The notes under the pieces: generated by a model
Told to the model about the DNA's origin: nothing
Databases searched by the model: none
The model's input: the letters and a program-made list of their open reading frames with translations, nothing else
Translations under genes and position numbers: made by a program
Shown: in pieces, positions 10,501-19,968 of the stretch
Layout: the number at the start of each line of letters is the position of its first letter
Position numbering within the stretch: the first letter of the stretch is position 1
IMG/VR virus record: IMGVR_UViG_3300012347_000520
Span: 14,642-78,641 of that record
DNA length: 64,000 nt
DNA from: a virus
Taxonomy: Duplodnaviria; Heunggongvirae; Uroviricota; Caudoviricetes
Direction: 5' to 3' (one strand)

Positions 10501-13500
10501 CTAGTATCAACTCTCAATTACTATTAATTAAGTCTAATGAAAAATTAGCTATAGAAATTGAGCAAGCCGCATTAGACAGAAAAAAAGAAAATGGTGACGC
10601 GCGAGATTTACGCATAGTTATTCCTCAACGAGAACTTGATTACAGAAGAGAGCGCTTAAACGCTCCTGTAACAAAAGGGTCTACCGCCTCCGTAGCTGCT
10701 GATATGAAAAACCCAGACCTTGCTATTAGTCAAGGAGCTCGCGAAAGCTTTAAGTATGTTCAGCAAGCAGAAGCAGCCTATGCTCAAATTGCTGGTATCA
10801 GTGCTGCCATCGACGCAGCATCAATTAAAGCAAGCGTAGATAAGATTAAACTAGAGGGTAAATATCAACAAGAAAAACTAGATAATGAGGCCACAAGTTT
10901 AAAGAACCAACAAGCTGGTATTGATATTCTAAGTTCTGTAGCAGGCACAAGTTCTGTGCTACTTTTAACAGAAAAACAAAGCCTAGAGGTAGATTTAGCT
11001 AGGTACGAAGCTAAAAAGAAGTCTTATGAGATCGAAACTCAAATACAAGTATTCGAAGACTTAAAGGCTAAAACAAGCGGTACTGCAAAGAATAATATTG
11101 ACCTTGAAATAAAAAGACTAGGTTTAGTTAAGCAAATCGCAACTGCTCGTTCACTAGAACTAGAAGCCAATTTAAAAAATAAGCAAGCTTTAGAACTAGC
11201 AAACGCAGAATATACTACAAAATCTAACTTGTTAGATGTGTATCGCACACTAGGAGGTATCTCTGAGCAAGACTATGAGAAGTCAAAACTAAAACTAGAG
11301 AATGACAAAGAAATACTTGCTACGCAAGTTAAAATAGATCAACTTCGTCAAAATGCTAAAAGTGAAATCAGTGGTGCACAAGAAAAAATTACCGCAGCAG
11401 AAATCTCGTTACAAAAGCCTAATATTAGTGCCAAGGAAACTTCAGAGCTTAATGCTTTAATAAAAGAACAAGTTACTTTAATTGATAATACTGCTTTAAA
11501 AACAGCAGGTGTAGTAGTACAACTAAACGCTCAGTCAGCAGCACAAATAGCTGTAAATACAGCTTTGTCAGATCAAAGAGTATTAATGGCTGATATTAAG
11601 TCAGCCACCGAAAGCTTAACAGCCGTATTTGGACAACTAGGTACTAGTATTGGTAATAGTGTAGCCGCGTTGACTAATTACACTACAGGCTCTGCAGCAA
11701 TGTCTGCTCGCCATAAAAAGAGTTTAGAAGGCTTGTCAGAAGATGACGATAAGTATAAAGACTTAGTAAAACAGAATACTAAAGAACGCGAAAAGTATGA
11801 TGTAAAAGCTTATGCTAATATGGCAGGGGCTGCCAAATCTTTGTTTAAAGAGAAGAGCGGTGCTTACAAAGCATTTGCAGCAGTTGAAAAAGCTGCTCAC
11901 GTACTGTCTATTGGTATGCAGTTGAAAGAAACTGGTATTAAAATAGCTGCTTGGGCTAATGAAGTCGCTATGAAGGGCATGACAGAGACACAGAAAACCG
12001 CATTTACAAACGCAGGTTTCTTATCGCGTCTACCGACTTATATCAGCGAAATCTGGGCTAGCTGGGGTGCTATGGGACCTTGGATGGCAGCTGCAGCAGG
12101 TGTGTTTATTGCCTCTAAACTAGGCGGCGGAAGTCGCGAAAGCTACAACGGACCAAGCGGGGAAGACTTTCAAAAAGCTCAAGGTACTGGCCAAGCTTAT
12201 GATGCTAGTGGTAATTTGACGGATACTGGATATGGCGTATTTGGTGATAGCTCACAAAAACTAGATTCTATCAACAAATCTTTAGAGATTTTAAATGATA
12301 CGGCAGTAAAAGGTCTAGACTACGACAATAAGATGCTTAAAGCTCTTAATATGGTAGCTGAGTCAATTACAGGTGCAGCTACTCAACTATACTCAATCCC
12401 TGGGTTGCGTCAAGGTACTAACTTCGGTACCCTAGGTGGCACTACAAGTATTGCAGCAGGTGGATTAAGTGGTGCTTTAGACTCTATACTAGGTGGATTA
12501 ACCGGAGGTATGCTGGGCGGTGTTGGTAGTAAGCTATTTGGCGGTGGCACTTCAGTAAGTGCTAGCGTAGATGCCGCAGGTATTCAGTTAAAAGGTACTT
12601 TTGAAAATGTAATGAACGATATTGCTGGTAGTATTACTCAGTATAAAGACATTTTAAAACAATTTGAACAAGATGGTGGTTGGTTTGGTAGTGATAGTAG
12701 CTGGACAGAACGTTACCGCGAAACACAATCAGTATCAGGTCAAATTACTGGCGCTATTGCAGATATATTTGTAAATGCAAAAGATATGTTTAAAACTGTA
12801 GGAGAAATATCTGGGGTTACTGCTGCTCAAGTAGATTCTGCGTTCAAAAACATGAGCATTAATACTGAAATTAACCTAAAAGGGCTAACTGGCGAGCAAG
12901 TAGTAACGGAACTAAATGCAGTTATATCAGTAGAGTTGAATAAGCTAACGGGTGTGCTGTTTGGTGCTTTCGATAAATTCAAAACTTTTGGCGAAGATTT
13001 ATTAACTACTGTAATTCGTGTAATTGATACTAATACGAAGATTGCACAGATAATGAGCAATTTGGGTGTTATTGCAGATCTAAAAGGTGCGTTTGATATT
13101 ACAGAAATACTTGCTAAAGCCGCAGGTGGTTTAGACAAGTTCATTGAACAAGCTAACTACTTTAACGAAAACTTCTATACAAGTGCAGAACAAGTAATCC
13201 CTACACAAAAGGCCGTAATCAAACAACTAGATGCGTTAGGTTTGTCTAGTGTAAATACTAAATCTCAGCTAAAATCAGTGGTACAAAGTTTAGACTTAAC
13301 TACTCAATCCGGTCGAGATATGTATCAATCTATTATGGATTTAGCTCCAGGATTTGTTGAAGTAACGGACGCTATCATGGAACAGTCTACTGCATTATCA
13401 GATGCAGCCGGTAACTTCCGTGAATTTGCAAAAACCGTATCGAACTTTAGAGATAGTTTGTTAATTAGTGCAAGTTCTACAGCAACTCCTTTAGAGAAGT

Positions 13501-14147
13501 ACGCTGAAGCAAAAATGCAATTTGAATCTACTTATACGGCAGCGTTAGGTGGTGATAAAGATGCAATGAGCAAGTTAACAGGCATATCGCAAACCTTCTT
13601 AGATATGTCGAAACAGTTCTACGCAAGTAGTGACCAGTATACTACTGATTTCAATACTGTTTTAGATAAACTAGAGTTTGCTTCGTTAAATGCTAGTGCT
13701 AGTGCTGATATAGCTCAGTTACAGTTGGATAATTTAAATATCCACACTACATTGTTAACTTCTATCAATGCTAACATTGCTTCTATCGCAGGAGTTCCTA
13801 CAGCAGCTACAGGAGGTCGCGTAAGTGGTCTAACCTTAGTTGGTGAAAAAGGTCCTGAACTAGTAGACTTTACTACTCCTGGTCAAGTATACACAGCAGA
13901 TCAAACTGCTGGTATGTTTACCGGTAGTAACGGAATGGGTCAAGCCATTGGCGCAATGGTTGGGGAAATTCAGCAATTACGTGCAGAAGTTAGCCAACTA
14001 CGCAAAGACCAGCAAAAACAAACTGGTGATTTAATTATCAGTAATTACGATGCAAATAATAAAGCATCCGAAGCCATAGCAGCAGCAGTTGTTGACGCTT
14101 CCCAAGAACAAGCCTGGACAGCTCGTTCTCAGTCTCAAGTTAAGTAA
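7584..14147 (+). CDS. tail tape measure protein
   Basis: About 2188 aa, largely alpha-helical and Ala/Lys/Glu/Gln-rich, with Gly-rich hydrophobic segments (GGIGGVLL, GxxxG stretches). Canonical position after the chaperone pair. Start moved to the ATG at 7584, which has RBS AGGAGAAACT. The track ORF begins 18 nt earlier without an RBS. Confidence 0.85.
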   Translation: MSNDSIKLSFELNDDNNSVNKNIKNVETLRKAVDGLSETASKANISKKMAAAYGGNTTEAIKSASMSPQESIEYGQARAAVGTGAAGRDFAKQAQGLGGLVHVYATFAANLFAASAAFTALKTAADTTSMIKGLDQLGAASGRNLGQLSKNVAALSDGAVSLREAMTATAQATSAGMSNKNLERLTIVAKNASQALGLNMPDALSRLSRGITKIEPELLDELGIFVKVEEASTNYARTIGKTASSLTDFEKRQAFANAALAQGEAKFNEISMAANPYSKLSASISNLAQNTLELVNKALGPLMTMLSQSPGALLAVLGGIGGVLLKQAIPAIGQYRQNAKVMEEETHKRVLNMVKDQQIAYAEMDTIAAMSAEKQFRNEASTVAKLEKLRSARFNKDILGEGLRSTLKKNAFDITAEETQSLKARSEALLASDDVTYKKQGQKLAAHLKSLEALRAQSDAVGDAAVAANEKRDSAWYSHQNQLANNLDKLNKTAAKSKLLASVADTAAILGPVAAFRQLGEETSRLEAGKAAKGFILLQGALSTVATAAGTAITAFSGWISVIGIIVAGMATVASWMSNTTKETELTSQAIEGLNSSVKNIDRTVESLNMKGVVDQISIEAIQARATAFGELGDSMALATKRAFTELDKMGSIDVGTNFIKKLWGGDVQSTLNKSTADAVVAAFSTMERGPAADAVRDSIKKTLGIVDIDTKSIEKAFEGMSESAKKANIEAVARDLKKAGDEARVTAAKGTELKQSFTEATKQLQDLRNGFIPQDNVSKFGTNIITMASKIDVALKDPLQSLNAMVEVVKDSNSLSFFDPATATRLISLKGTVEGLNNSFISATREVKNVDDKIKSLNDEKSAIGFPILETSYKRIQQIKQELEELKNTKDIKASILLEVDKDVQVLTAEFELAVKKQFVYGAEVLSSKLTEQWAKAGQVIGSTIASLLGDTTAGIEMRAKYEKAALEAQIASINSQLLLIKSNEKLAIEIEQAALDRKKENGDARDLRIVIPQRELDYRRERLNAPVTKGSTASVAADMKNPDLAISQGARESFKYVQQAEAAYAQIAGISAAIDAASIKASVDKIKLEGKYQQEKLDNEATSLKNQQAGIDILSSVAGTSSVLLLTEKQSLEVDLARYEAKKKSYEIETQIQVFEDLKAKTSGTAKNNIDLEIKRLGLVKQIATARSLELEANLKNKQALELANAEYTTKSNLLDVYRTLGGISEQDYEKSKLKLENDKEILATQVKIDQLRQNAKSEISGAQEKITAAEISLQKPNISAKETSELNALIKEQVTLIDNTALKTAGVVVQLNAQSAAQIAVNTALSDQRVLMADIKSATESLTAVFGQLGTSIGNSVAALTNYTTGSAAMSARHKKSLEGLSEDDDKYKDLVKQNTKEREKYDVKAYANMAGAAKSLFKEKSGAYKAFAAVEKAAHVLSIGMQLKETGIKIAAWANEVAMKGMTETQKTAFTNAGFLSRLPTYISEIWASWGAMGPWMAAAAGVFIASKLGGGSRESYNGPSGEDFQKAQGTGQAYDASGNLTDTGYGVFGDSSQKLDSINKSLEILNDTAVKGLDYDNKMLKALNMVAESITGAATQLYSIPGLRQGTNFGTLGGTTSIAAGGLSGALDSILGGLTGGMLGGVGSKLFGGGTSVSASVDAAGIQLKGTFENVMNDIAGSITQYKDILKQFEQDGGWFGSDSSWTERYRETQSVSGQITGAIADIFVNAKDMFKTVGEISGVTAAQVDSAFKNMSINTEINLKGLTGEQVVTELNAVISVELNKLTGVLFGAFDKFKTFGEDLLTTVIRVIDTNTKIAQIMSNLGVIADLKGAFDITEILAKAAGGLDKFIEQANYFNENFYTSAEQVIPTQKAVIKQLDALGLSSVNTKSQLKSVVQSLDLTTQSGRDMYQSIMDLAPGFVEVTDAIMEQSTALSDAAGNFREFAKTVSNFRDSLLISASSTATPLEKYAEAKMQFESTYTAALGGDKDAMSKLTGISQTFLDMSKQFYASSDQYTTDFNTVLDKLEFASLNASASADIAQLQLDNLNIHTTLLTSINANIASIAGVPTAATGGRVSGLTLVGEKGPELVDFTTPGQVYTADQTAGMFTGSNGMGQAIGAMVGEIQQLRAEVSQLRKDQQKQTGDLIISNYDANNKASEAIAAAVVDASQEQAWTARSQSQVK

Positions 14148-14150
14148 GAC

Positions 14151-14180
14151 AGATAAGGCCTAGAAATAGGCCTTATTCTT
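14151..14180 (+). terminator. hairpin / weak terminator after the tape measure gene
   Basis: ataaggcct-agaaat-aggccttat inverted repeat followed by tcttaat. Confidence 0.35.
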
Positions 14181-14226
14181 AATAGTTTAATGAGCTATTA
14201 AGAATAATAACAAAGGTTATAATACA

Positions 14227-15810
14227 ATGAACAATTTTAAAACTTGGCTAAAAAAGTCAGCCGTTGCCAGAATATTACTAGTTCATATAGAAGATATGGG
14301 TGTAGTAGGCTCTACCAATAACGGACTATATTTATCTACTCACCCTATTACAGTTGCAGCTGGTATCGGTATAGAGTACTTACCAATCATAGAAGGTACA
14401 GTAAATATTCAGGAGTCTATTTCTTTAGAGTATTTGCCAACAGTAAATTACGGAGATATTGAAATAAATAACTCCAAGGGCGATTACGATAGTTGGATAT
14501 CCGCTATATGGACAAACAAACGAGTAACTATTTATGTAGGAGAAAGATCTCCTGGGTACGACTATAACCAGCTTTATAATAACTTTGAGCCCGTATTTGT
14601 TGGTTATGTTGCCGACATAGACTCAAAAAGTCGTAGTAGGCTTAATATAAAAATACGAGACAACCTACAACCAGCAAACACTTCTATAAGTAGTGATCTT
14701 TTAGGTAACTACTATCAAGGTGAGATAGTTCCAACATACATATACAATAACACATATGCTAATAACCTAAAACCTATAGTTTTAGGCGAAGTTAATAATA
14801 TAACACCACTACTTATAGACCCAAGTAGACTAGAGTATATGGTAAATAATACTGCTGTAGAATCTATTTTAGAAGTACGTGATAATGGAGTGCCTGTACA
14901 GTTTAGTCCTGTGTATGGTACTGGTAAGTTTATTCTTTTAAAAACACCTGTAGGTGCTGTTACATGTGCAGTACAAGGTACTAAAGAAGCAATAATTTTT
15001 GCACAGTTTCCTTGGTCAGGCGATCAAATAGGTGCTCAACCGCTATACGTTAATACTGCTGCAAGTATTATTGCAAGACTACTGTATAATAAGACAGGCA
15101 TGCATTGGGGTTATTCCTTTGATTATAATAGTTTTACTACAGTATGCCAAGAGTCTGTTGGAGTGTATTTAACTTCTAGAGTTAACTTGCTATCTTTGTG
15201 CCAAGAAATAGCAAAGAGCTGCGGAGTAGTATTAACTACTACAAGAGAAGGGTACATGAAACTAGTTAAATTAGAAATAATTGATCAAAGTGCTTTGTTT
15301 GACCCTAATTCCCTTAATAATATTAGTGTTATTGAGGAAAAAGATACGCTATTTAATAGCTTACAGCTAACTAAAAAACTAGATGTAGTAGCAGGTGTAA
15401 AAATAGGTTATGCAAAAAACTGGACAGTACAGCCCGGCCTGCTAACCTCCATACCAGAACAACATAAAAGTCTATTAGGCACAGAGTGGCTAGAAGCAAT
15501 AGCAAAAGATACTAATGTGGCTTCAACTTATAAAATTACTGTTGAGCCAGACTTGGAGACTAGTTACTTAATAAACTCTACAGAAGCTACAGAAGTTGCC
15601 AACGACAAACTCTCACTTGTTAAAAAACAGCGAAAAGTATTCTCACTAGTGTGTAGCACACAGTATATGTACTTACAGCCTGGAGATCCTATAATCTTAT
15701 CAGCATCTAGGTATAATTTGAATAATAATAATATAGGTTCCACAGGTATAGTTATTTCCACTAAACCTGATTGGATACGTGGAACAATAGCGTTAGAGGT
15801 ATTAGTATAA
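14227..15810 (+). CDS. distal tail / baseplate protein
   Basis: 527-aa ORF directly after the tape measure gene, with beta-rich composition. Its stop overlaps the next gene start (TAATG). Confidence 0.45.
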   Translation: MNNFKTWLKKSAVARILLVHIEDMGVVGSTNNGLYLSTHPITVAAGIGIEYLPIIEGTVNIQESISLEYLPTVNYGDIEINNSKGDYDSWISAIWTNKRVTIYVGERSPGYDYNQLYNNFEPVFVGYVADIDSKSRSRLNIKIRDNLQPANTSISSDLLGNYYQGEIVPTYIYNNTYANNLKPIVLGEVNNITPLLIDPSRLEYMVNNTAVESILEVRDNGVPVQFSPVYGTGKFILLKTPVGAVTCAVQGTKEAIIFAQFPWSGDQIGAQPLYVNTAASIIARLLYNKTGMHWGYSFDYNSFTTVCQESVGVYLTSRVNLLSLCQEIAKSCGVVLTTTREGYMKLVKLEIIDQSALFDPNSLNNISVIEEKDTLFNSLQLTKKLDVVAGVKIGYAKNWTVQPGLLTSIPEQHKSLLGTEWLEAIAKDTNVASTYKITVEPDLETSYLINSTEATEVANDKLSLVKKQRKVFSLVCSTQYMYLQPGDPIILSASRYNLNNNNIGSTGIVISTKPDWIRGTIALEVLV

Positions 15811-17792
15811 TGGCAACAATAAAGAATAAAGTTAATGAATTGCTATACTCAGCTCCGGAGAGAATTACTGGAGCTACAGTAAAGCTATCTTCTGGGCCTA
15901 ATACCGTATTGATTGTACCTAAAGGTGGTACCATGCCTATACCAGAAGTATTAACCGTTACGGCTAGTATGGCAGGATATACTCAGCCACAGTATAAATG
16001 GTTTGTAAGGTTTGATGATAATAGCGAGTTTATAGAGCAAATAGGGTATACTACAAACCCGTTTATTTATGGTAACTCTTGGTACACAGAATATAATACT
16101 TCCACAGTAGTACAGGTAAAAGTAGAAGTGTCAGAAGCCTCGGGGGTAGGTACCTACGGTGTGAACACTTCTAGTGATATTTTAGCTATACCTGTAATTA
16201 GAGAAGGTAACGACGGAGTTTCTATTAATAGTATAACATTAACGTTATATAAAAGAACTACTAATAACACAGCACCAGTATTAACTACTACTGGCAACGC
16301 AACTTATTCATTTACTACTAGTACAGTAGTAGGTCAGCCTAGTGGATGGACTCAGACAGTTCCAAGTAATTCAATAGGCCAATATTTGTGGTCTACTAGT
16401 ATTAGGATTGCCAGTACTAGCAATAGTTACTCTTTTGCTAATATAAATTGGTCAAGCCCTGTTCAAGTAGCTTCTGACGGCATAACTGGTACAAATACTG
16501 CAATTATATACGCATACAAGCGTTCCGCAGATTTAGTGGTCGATAATCCTGGTGATATAGTATATAACTTTACATCTAACTCTATAACTAATACTGTACT
16601 GGCCAACGACTGGTCTAAGACTATACCTTCTGGTATGGATGCGTTATATGTTACAACTGTAACAGCTGCATCCAAAGAATCTACCGTTACTATAGCTCCA
16701 AGTCAGTGGTCCACGCCAGTAGTATTAGCCACCAGCGGTATTACTGTAGCTACAGTATATCTTTACATTAGAACCAATAGTTCAAGTAATCCACCTACAT
16801 TAAACACGACAGGTAGCTGTACTTACACATTTTCTAACGGAGTATTATCTGGCTCTATTCCTAGCGGATGGACTCAACTGTTACCTGCAGTAGCCAGCGG
16901 CAGCGTATTGTGGGCAGTACAAGCAACAGCTTCAGGCTCTTCTAGTGTAGACACCATATTAAATAACGAGTGGAGTGCGCCTAGAGTATTATCTACTGGA
17001 GGTTCTAGAGGTAATAGACAGCTATACTCTAATAACGTTGGGCATACCTCTAATTTTGTATATTTAAATAATGCTGCAGGAGCAGATAGCTACGCAGCTA
17101 AAGCGGCTGCATTAATTTTATCAAGCACTACCGCAGAAGATGTTATACCTACTACTCCAGTAACAGGAGATATTGTAACGTTTACAAACGGTACTAATTA
17201 TATATATACGATAGCTTATAATGCTAGTACTTCTGCGTGGGAGCCTCCAGGTACTGTTATTGACGGCACGCTACTAGTAACAGGCAGCGTTACCGCTGCA
17301 AAGATAGATAGTACAGGACTATCTATTAAAGACGCTAACGGTAATATTATACTTTCAGCAGGCGTACCTTTAAAATCCGCTAATTTAGACCCGTCTATTA
17401 CAAGTAGCATTACTACTGCACAAACTCTGGCTACAAGTGCTGCTGCAACTGCAAGTACTGCACAAACAACAGCTACAGCCGCAGCAACAGCAGCAAGCAA
17501 TAAATTAAGTAAATCAGGAACAGATACTTTAAGCGCCACCATTAGTGTTAATGCTGTAACAGGTGCAGGTTTCCGGGCCGGAGATTTAACGTGGAACTCT
17601 AGTGGTGTAAGAACAGGCGGAAAAGGGGTGGCTATGACTCCCGGAGGTATTACGAGTCATAATGGCGTTAGGACTACGTTTAACTTAGACGCAAGTACTG
17701 GAGACGCTACATTTGGTGGTGTAGCACAATCAGCAGACGGACTGTTTGTTATTGATTTTGTAAATAAGACCATTAAGATTACTACAATATAA
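15810..17792 (+). CDS. tail/baseplate protein with three tandem ~85-aa Ig/FN3-like repeats
   Basis: The track ORF starts at a TTG at 15771. ATG at 15810 overlaps the upstream stop. Three repeats share the pattern Y.YKR...P.L.TTG...Y.F...SGW.Q.VPS...LWS....WS.P. C-terminal Ala/Thr-rich coiled segment. Confidence 0.5.
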   Translation: MATIKNKVNELLYSAPERITGATVKLSSGPNTVLIVPKGGTMPIPEVLTVTASMAGYTQPQYKWFVRFDDNSEFIEQIGYTTNPFIYGNSWYTEYNTSTVVQVKVEVSEASGVGTYGVNTSSDILAIPVIREGNDGVSINSITLTLYKRTTNNTAPVLTTTGNATYSFTTSTVVGQPSGWTQTVPSNSIGQYLWSTSIRIASTSNSYSFANINWSSPVQVASDGITGTNTAIIYAYKRSADLVVDNPGDIVYNFTSNSITNTVLANDWSKTIPSGMDALYVTTVTAASKESTVTIAPSQWSTPVVLATSGITVATVYLYIRTNSSSNPPTLNTTGSCTYTFSNGVLSGSIPSGWTQLLPAVASGSVLWAVQATASGSSSVDTILNNEWSAPRVLSTGGSRGNRQLYSNNVGHTSNFVYLNNAAGADSYAAKAAALILSSTTAEDVIPTTPVTGDIVTFTNGTNYIYTIAYNASTSAWEPPGTVIDGTLLVTGSVTAAKIDSTGLSIKDANGNIILSAGVPLKSANLDPSITSSITTAQTLATSAAATASTAQTTATAAATAASNKLSKSGTDTLSATISVNAVTGAGFRAGDLTWNSSGVRTGGKGVAMTPGGITSHNGVRTTFNLDASTGDATFGGVAQSADGLFVIDFVNKTIKITTI

Positions 17793-17801
17793 GGAAGCAA
17801 T

Positions 17802-18554
17802 ATGGCACAAAATTTAAGAATGGTAACTAAAAACTTAGTTACCAGAGTAAACGGTTCAAGTACTGCAAAAAGTATGAACGACTATAAGTCTCAATACGAC
17901 TCAGGTTTAATTTTTACAGTTAATTTAGATGGAGTAGTAGATCCCCAAAACCTAGCTGTAATAGTTTGTATAGCTGATGCGGTATCTGGAGACGTATCTA
18001 TGACAGTAAAAGAAGGGCAAAGTGTAGTAGGTACTGGTACAGCCGTATTACCTTACGACATTAATTTAGTTAATACTGTTGGGTATACTGGTATTGGTTA
18101 TGTAGTTGCGTATTTAAACAACACTAGTTATTCACCAACTTTAACTTTAGATTTTAGTAATCCAGGTAATAACCCTGTTAAAGTATCTAAAATAATTGTT
18201 GGTAATTACTGGAGCCCTAAGTATAATACTAACTATGGAGCTCAAGTGGGTATAACAGATTTAAGCACAGTAGAAAGACTACAGGGCGGAGATCAGTACG
18301 CAGTAGTGGGTCCTAGATATAAAAATATGCGTTTTGATTTACAATACGTTGATGAATCGGATAGAAATACTATATTTCAAATAGCTAAAAACGTTGGACG
18401 CTCTAATCCTATCTTTGTTTCATTATTTCCAAATGATTCAGATGGGCATAAGCGCCAAATGTACTCAATAGTTGGCAGAGTGGTAACTCCACCCAATATG
18501 ACTAACACAATGTATAGCATGTACGCCACTTCTCTAGAAATAGAAGAAATATAA
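17802..18554 (+). CDS. tail/baseplate structural protein
   Basis: 250-aa ORF with RBS AAGGAAG. Lies in the tail module and is followed by a terminator. Confidence 0.45.
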   Translation: MAQNLRMVTKNLVTRVNGSSTAKSMNDYKSQYDSGLIFTVNLDGVVDPQNLAVIVCIADAVSGDVSMTVKEGQSVVGTGTAVLPYDINLVNTVGYTGIGYVVAYLNNTSYSPTLTLDFSNPGNNPVKVSKIIVGNYWSPKYNTNYGAQVGITDLSTVERLQGGDQYAVVGPRYKNMRFDLQYVDESDRNTIFQIAKNVGRSNPIFVSLFPNDSDGHKRQMYSIVGRVVTPPNMTNTMYSMYATSLEIEEI

Positions 18555-18603
18555 CCATTATAATTGCTAGCATATAAGTAACTAGAGCTAAAAAAATAAA
18601 CTA

Positions 18604-18630
18604 CCCAGGCTAAAAACCTGGGTATTTTTT
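18604..18630 (+). terminator. rho-independent terminator
   Basis: cccagg-ctaaaaa-cctggg hairpin followed by tattttttt. Confidence 0.55.
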
Positions 18631-18634
18631 TGCA

Positions 18635-18663
18635 TTGACAAATTAATGCTCCTGTGATATAAT
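18635..18663 (+). promoter_or_regulatory. sigma70 consensus promoter (TTGACA-17-TATAAT, extended -10 TGaTATAAT)
   Basis: Perfect hexamers with 17-nt spacer. Shares the motif cTGTGaTATAATAG with the promoter at 7483. Confidence 0.6.
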
Positions 18664-18789
18664 AGAACGAAATAATTCATGGGTATTCGATTTTTTCCGG
18701 CTCTTACCCTAAACCCGAGAAATTGTATAATATTCAAATTCACACTAAGACATATTAGCATACTGCTTAACAGTAAGGAGAAGTACTTA

Positions 18790-19143
18790 ATGTCAGAAAA
18801 TAACCCAGAGCAGCTTATTCAAGTATTAGGTATGTTATCGTTAGCAGTGGTTACCGCTTTTGTCGGTATTAGAAAATTGCTAAAAGATTGGAATACGGAT
18901 AATGCAGAAACGTCTGTAATTAACATAATGCATGAAGAACTAGAAAGAATGTCTAAGCAGAATACGTTACTAGCTACTGAACTTAATAAGTTACAGTTAG
19001 AAATCGTTAGCTTAAACCGTGAGCTACACAAGCTTAATCTAGAAAATCAGCGCTTACAATTAGAAGTAGTTGCTCTTACACGAGAAGTAACAAGGCTTCA
19101 AACGATGCTACATACAGGAGATCTTAATGTCAGCACCAATTAA
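18790..19143 (+). CDS. small membrane-anchored leucine-zipper/coiled-coil protein
   Basis: Start moved to the ATG at 18790 with RBS AGGAGAAG. The track ORF includes an unlikely 37-codon leader. One N-terminal TM helix (LIQVLGMLSLAVVTAFVGI), then a heptad Leu-rich coiled coil (LNKLQLEIVSLNRELHKLNLENQRLQLEVVALTREV). Confidence 0.5.
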   Translation: MSENNPEQLIQVLGMLSLAVVTAFVGIRKLLKDWNTDNAETSVINIMHEELERMSKQNTLLATELNKLQLEIVSLNRELHKLNLENQRLQLEVVALTREVTRLQTMLHTGDLNVSTN

Positions 19144-19711
19144 ACTAAATTTAAAGATATATCAAGGCAGCACTTTTAAACAAGTACTACGTTGGGAATC
19201 GTCTACAAAAGTATACGTACCAATTACAGCTATTACAAAAAGTGCTCCCGTTGTTATTACTGCCGAAGCTCATGAAATCCCTTTGGGATGGAGAGCCCGT
19301 GTAACCAATGTTGCTGGTATGAAAGAAATCAATAACATTGACTATCAGACAGTAACATCAAAGACAGCAAATACTGTCACATTCAACCAAATTAATTCTC
19401 TAGGCTATTCCACTTATACCGGCGGTGGTGTACTAGAGTATAATAAGCCAGCATATTTAGACGGTTATACAGCTCGTATGCAGGTTCGTGAAAAATTAAC
19501 CTCTTATGAAGTTATCCTAGAAGCTACTACTGAAAATGGTGGTATACTAATTGACCCAGTAGATAGTACTATTACTATCTACTTAACAGATGAAGATACA
19601 GCCGCATTAAACTTTACTCAAGCAGTGTATAGTTTAGAGGTAATTAAGAATGGTGAAACTACTCCATTCTTAGCAGGTTCTGTTACCCTACAACGTGAGG
19701 TGACGAGATAA
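19127..19711 (+). CDS. hypothetical tail/fibre-associated protein
   Basis: 194-aa ORF with RBS GGAG. Position in the fibre module. Confidence 0.45.
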   Translation: MSAPIKLNLKIYQGSTFKQVLRWESSTKVYVPITAITKSAPVVITAEAHEIPLGWRARVTNVAGMKEINNIDYQTVTSKTANTVTFNQINSLGYSTYTGGGVLEYNKPAYLDGYTARMQVREKLTSYEVILEATTENGGILIDPVDSTITIYLTDEDTAALNFTQAVYSLEVIKNGETTPFLAGSVTLQREVTR

Positions 19712-19956
19712 TGGACAGAATATTAATAGTTAACGATCAAGAAGCAGTATTAGTTAGTACTGATACTGCTCAAACTATAGTAACAGGATTAATGGGCCCT
19801 CCAGGCAGGGATAGTAGTAATACTATTTCCGAGTCCCAAGACGTGGATAATACTGAGCTAACAAACGGAGCAACTCTAGTATATAGAGCTAGCGATGCTA
19901 AGTGGAAAGCTACTAACTTGCTAGACAACCAGATACTAGAAGCTGGTCAATTTTAA
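19711..19956 (+). CDS. hypothetical small structural protein
   Basis: 81-aa ORF coupled to its upstream neighbour by an ATGG overlap. Confidence 0.4.
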   Translation: MDRILIVNDQEAVLVSTDTAQTIVTGLMGPPGRDSSNTISESQDVDNTELTNGATLVYRASDAKWKATNLLDNQILEAGQF

Positions 19957-19968
19957 AGGAATAAAACA

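Noticed and set aside
18664-18789. 125-nt leader between the 18635 promoter and the ATG at 18790: looked for a riboswitch or second promoter
   Set aside because: No convincing conserved structure or additional -35/-10 pair. It contains the discarded 37-codon upstream extension of the track ORF.
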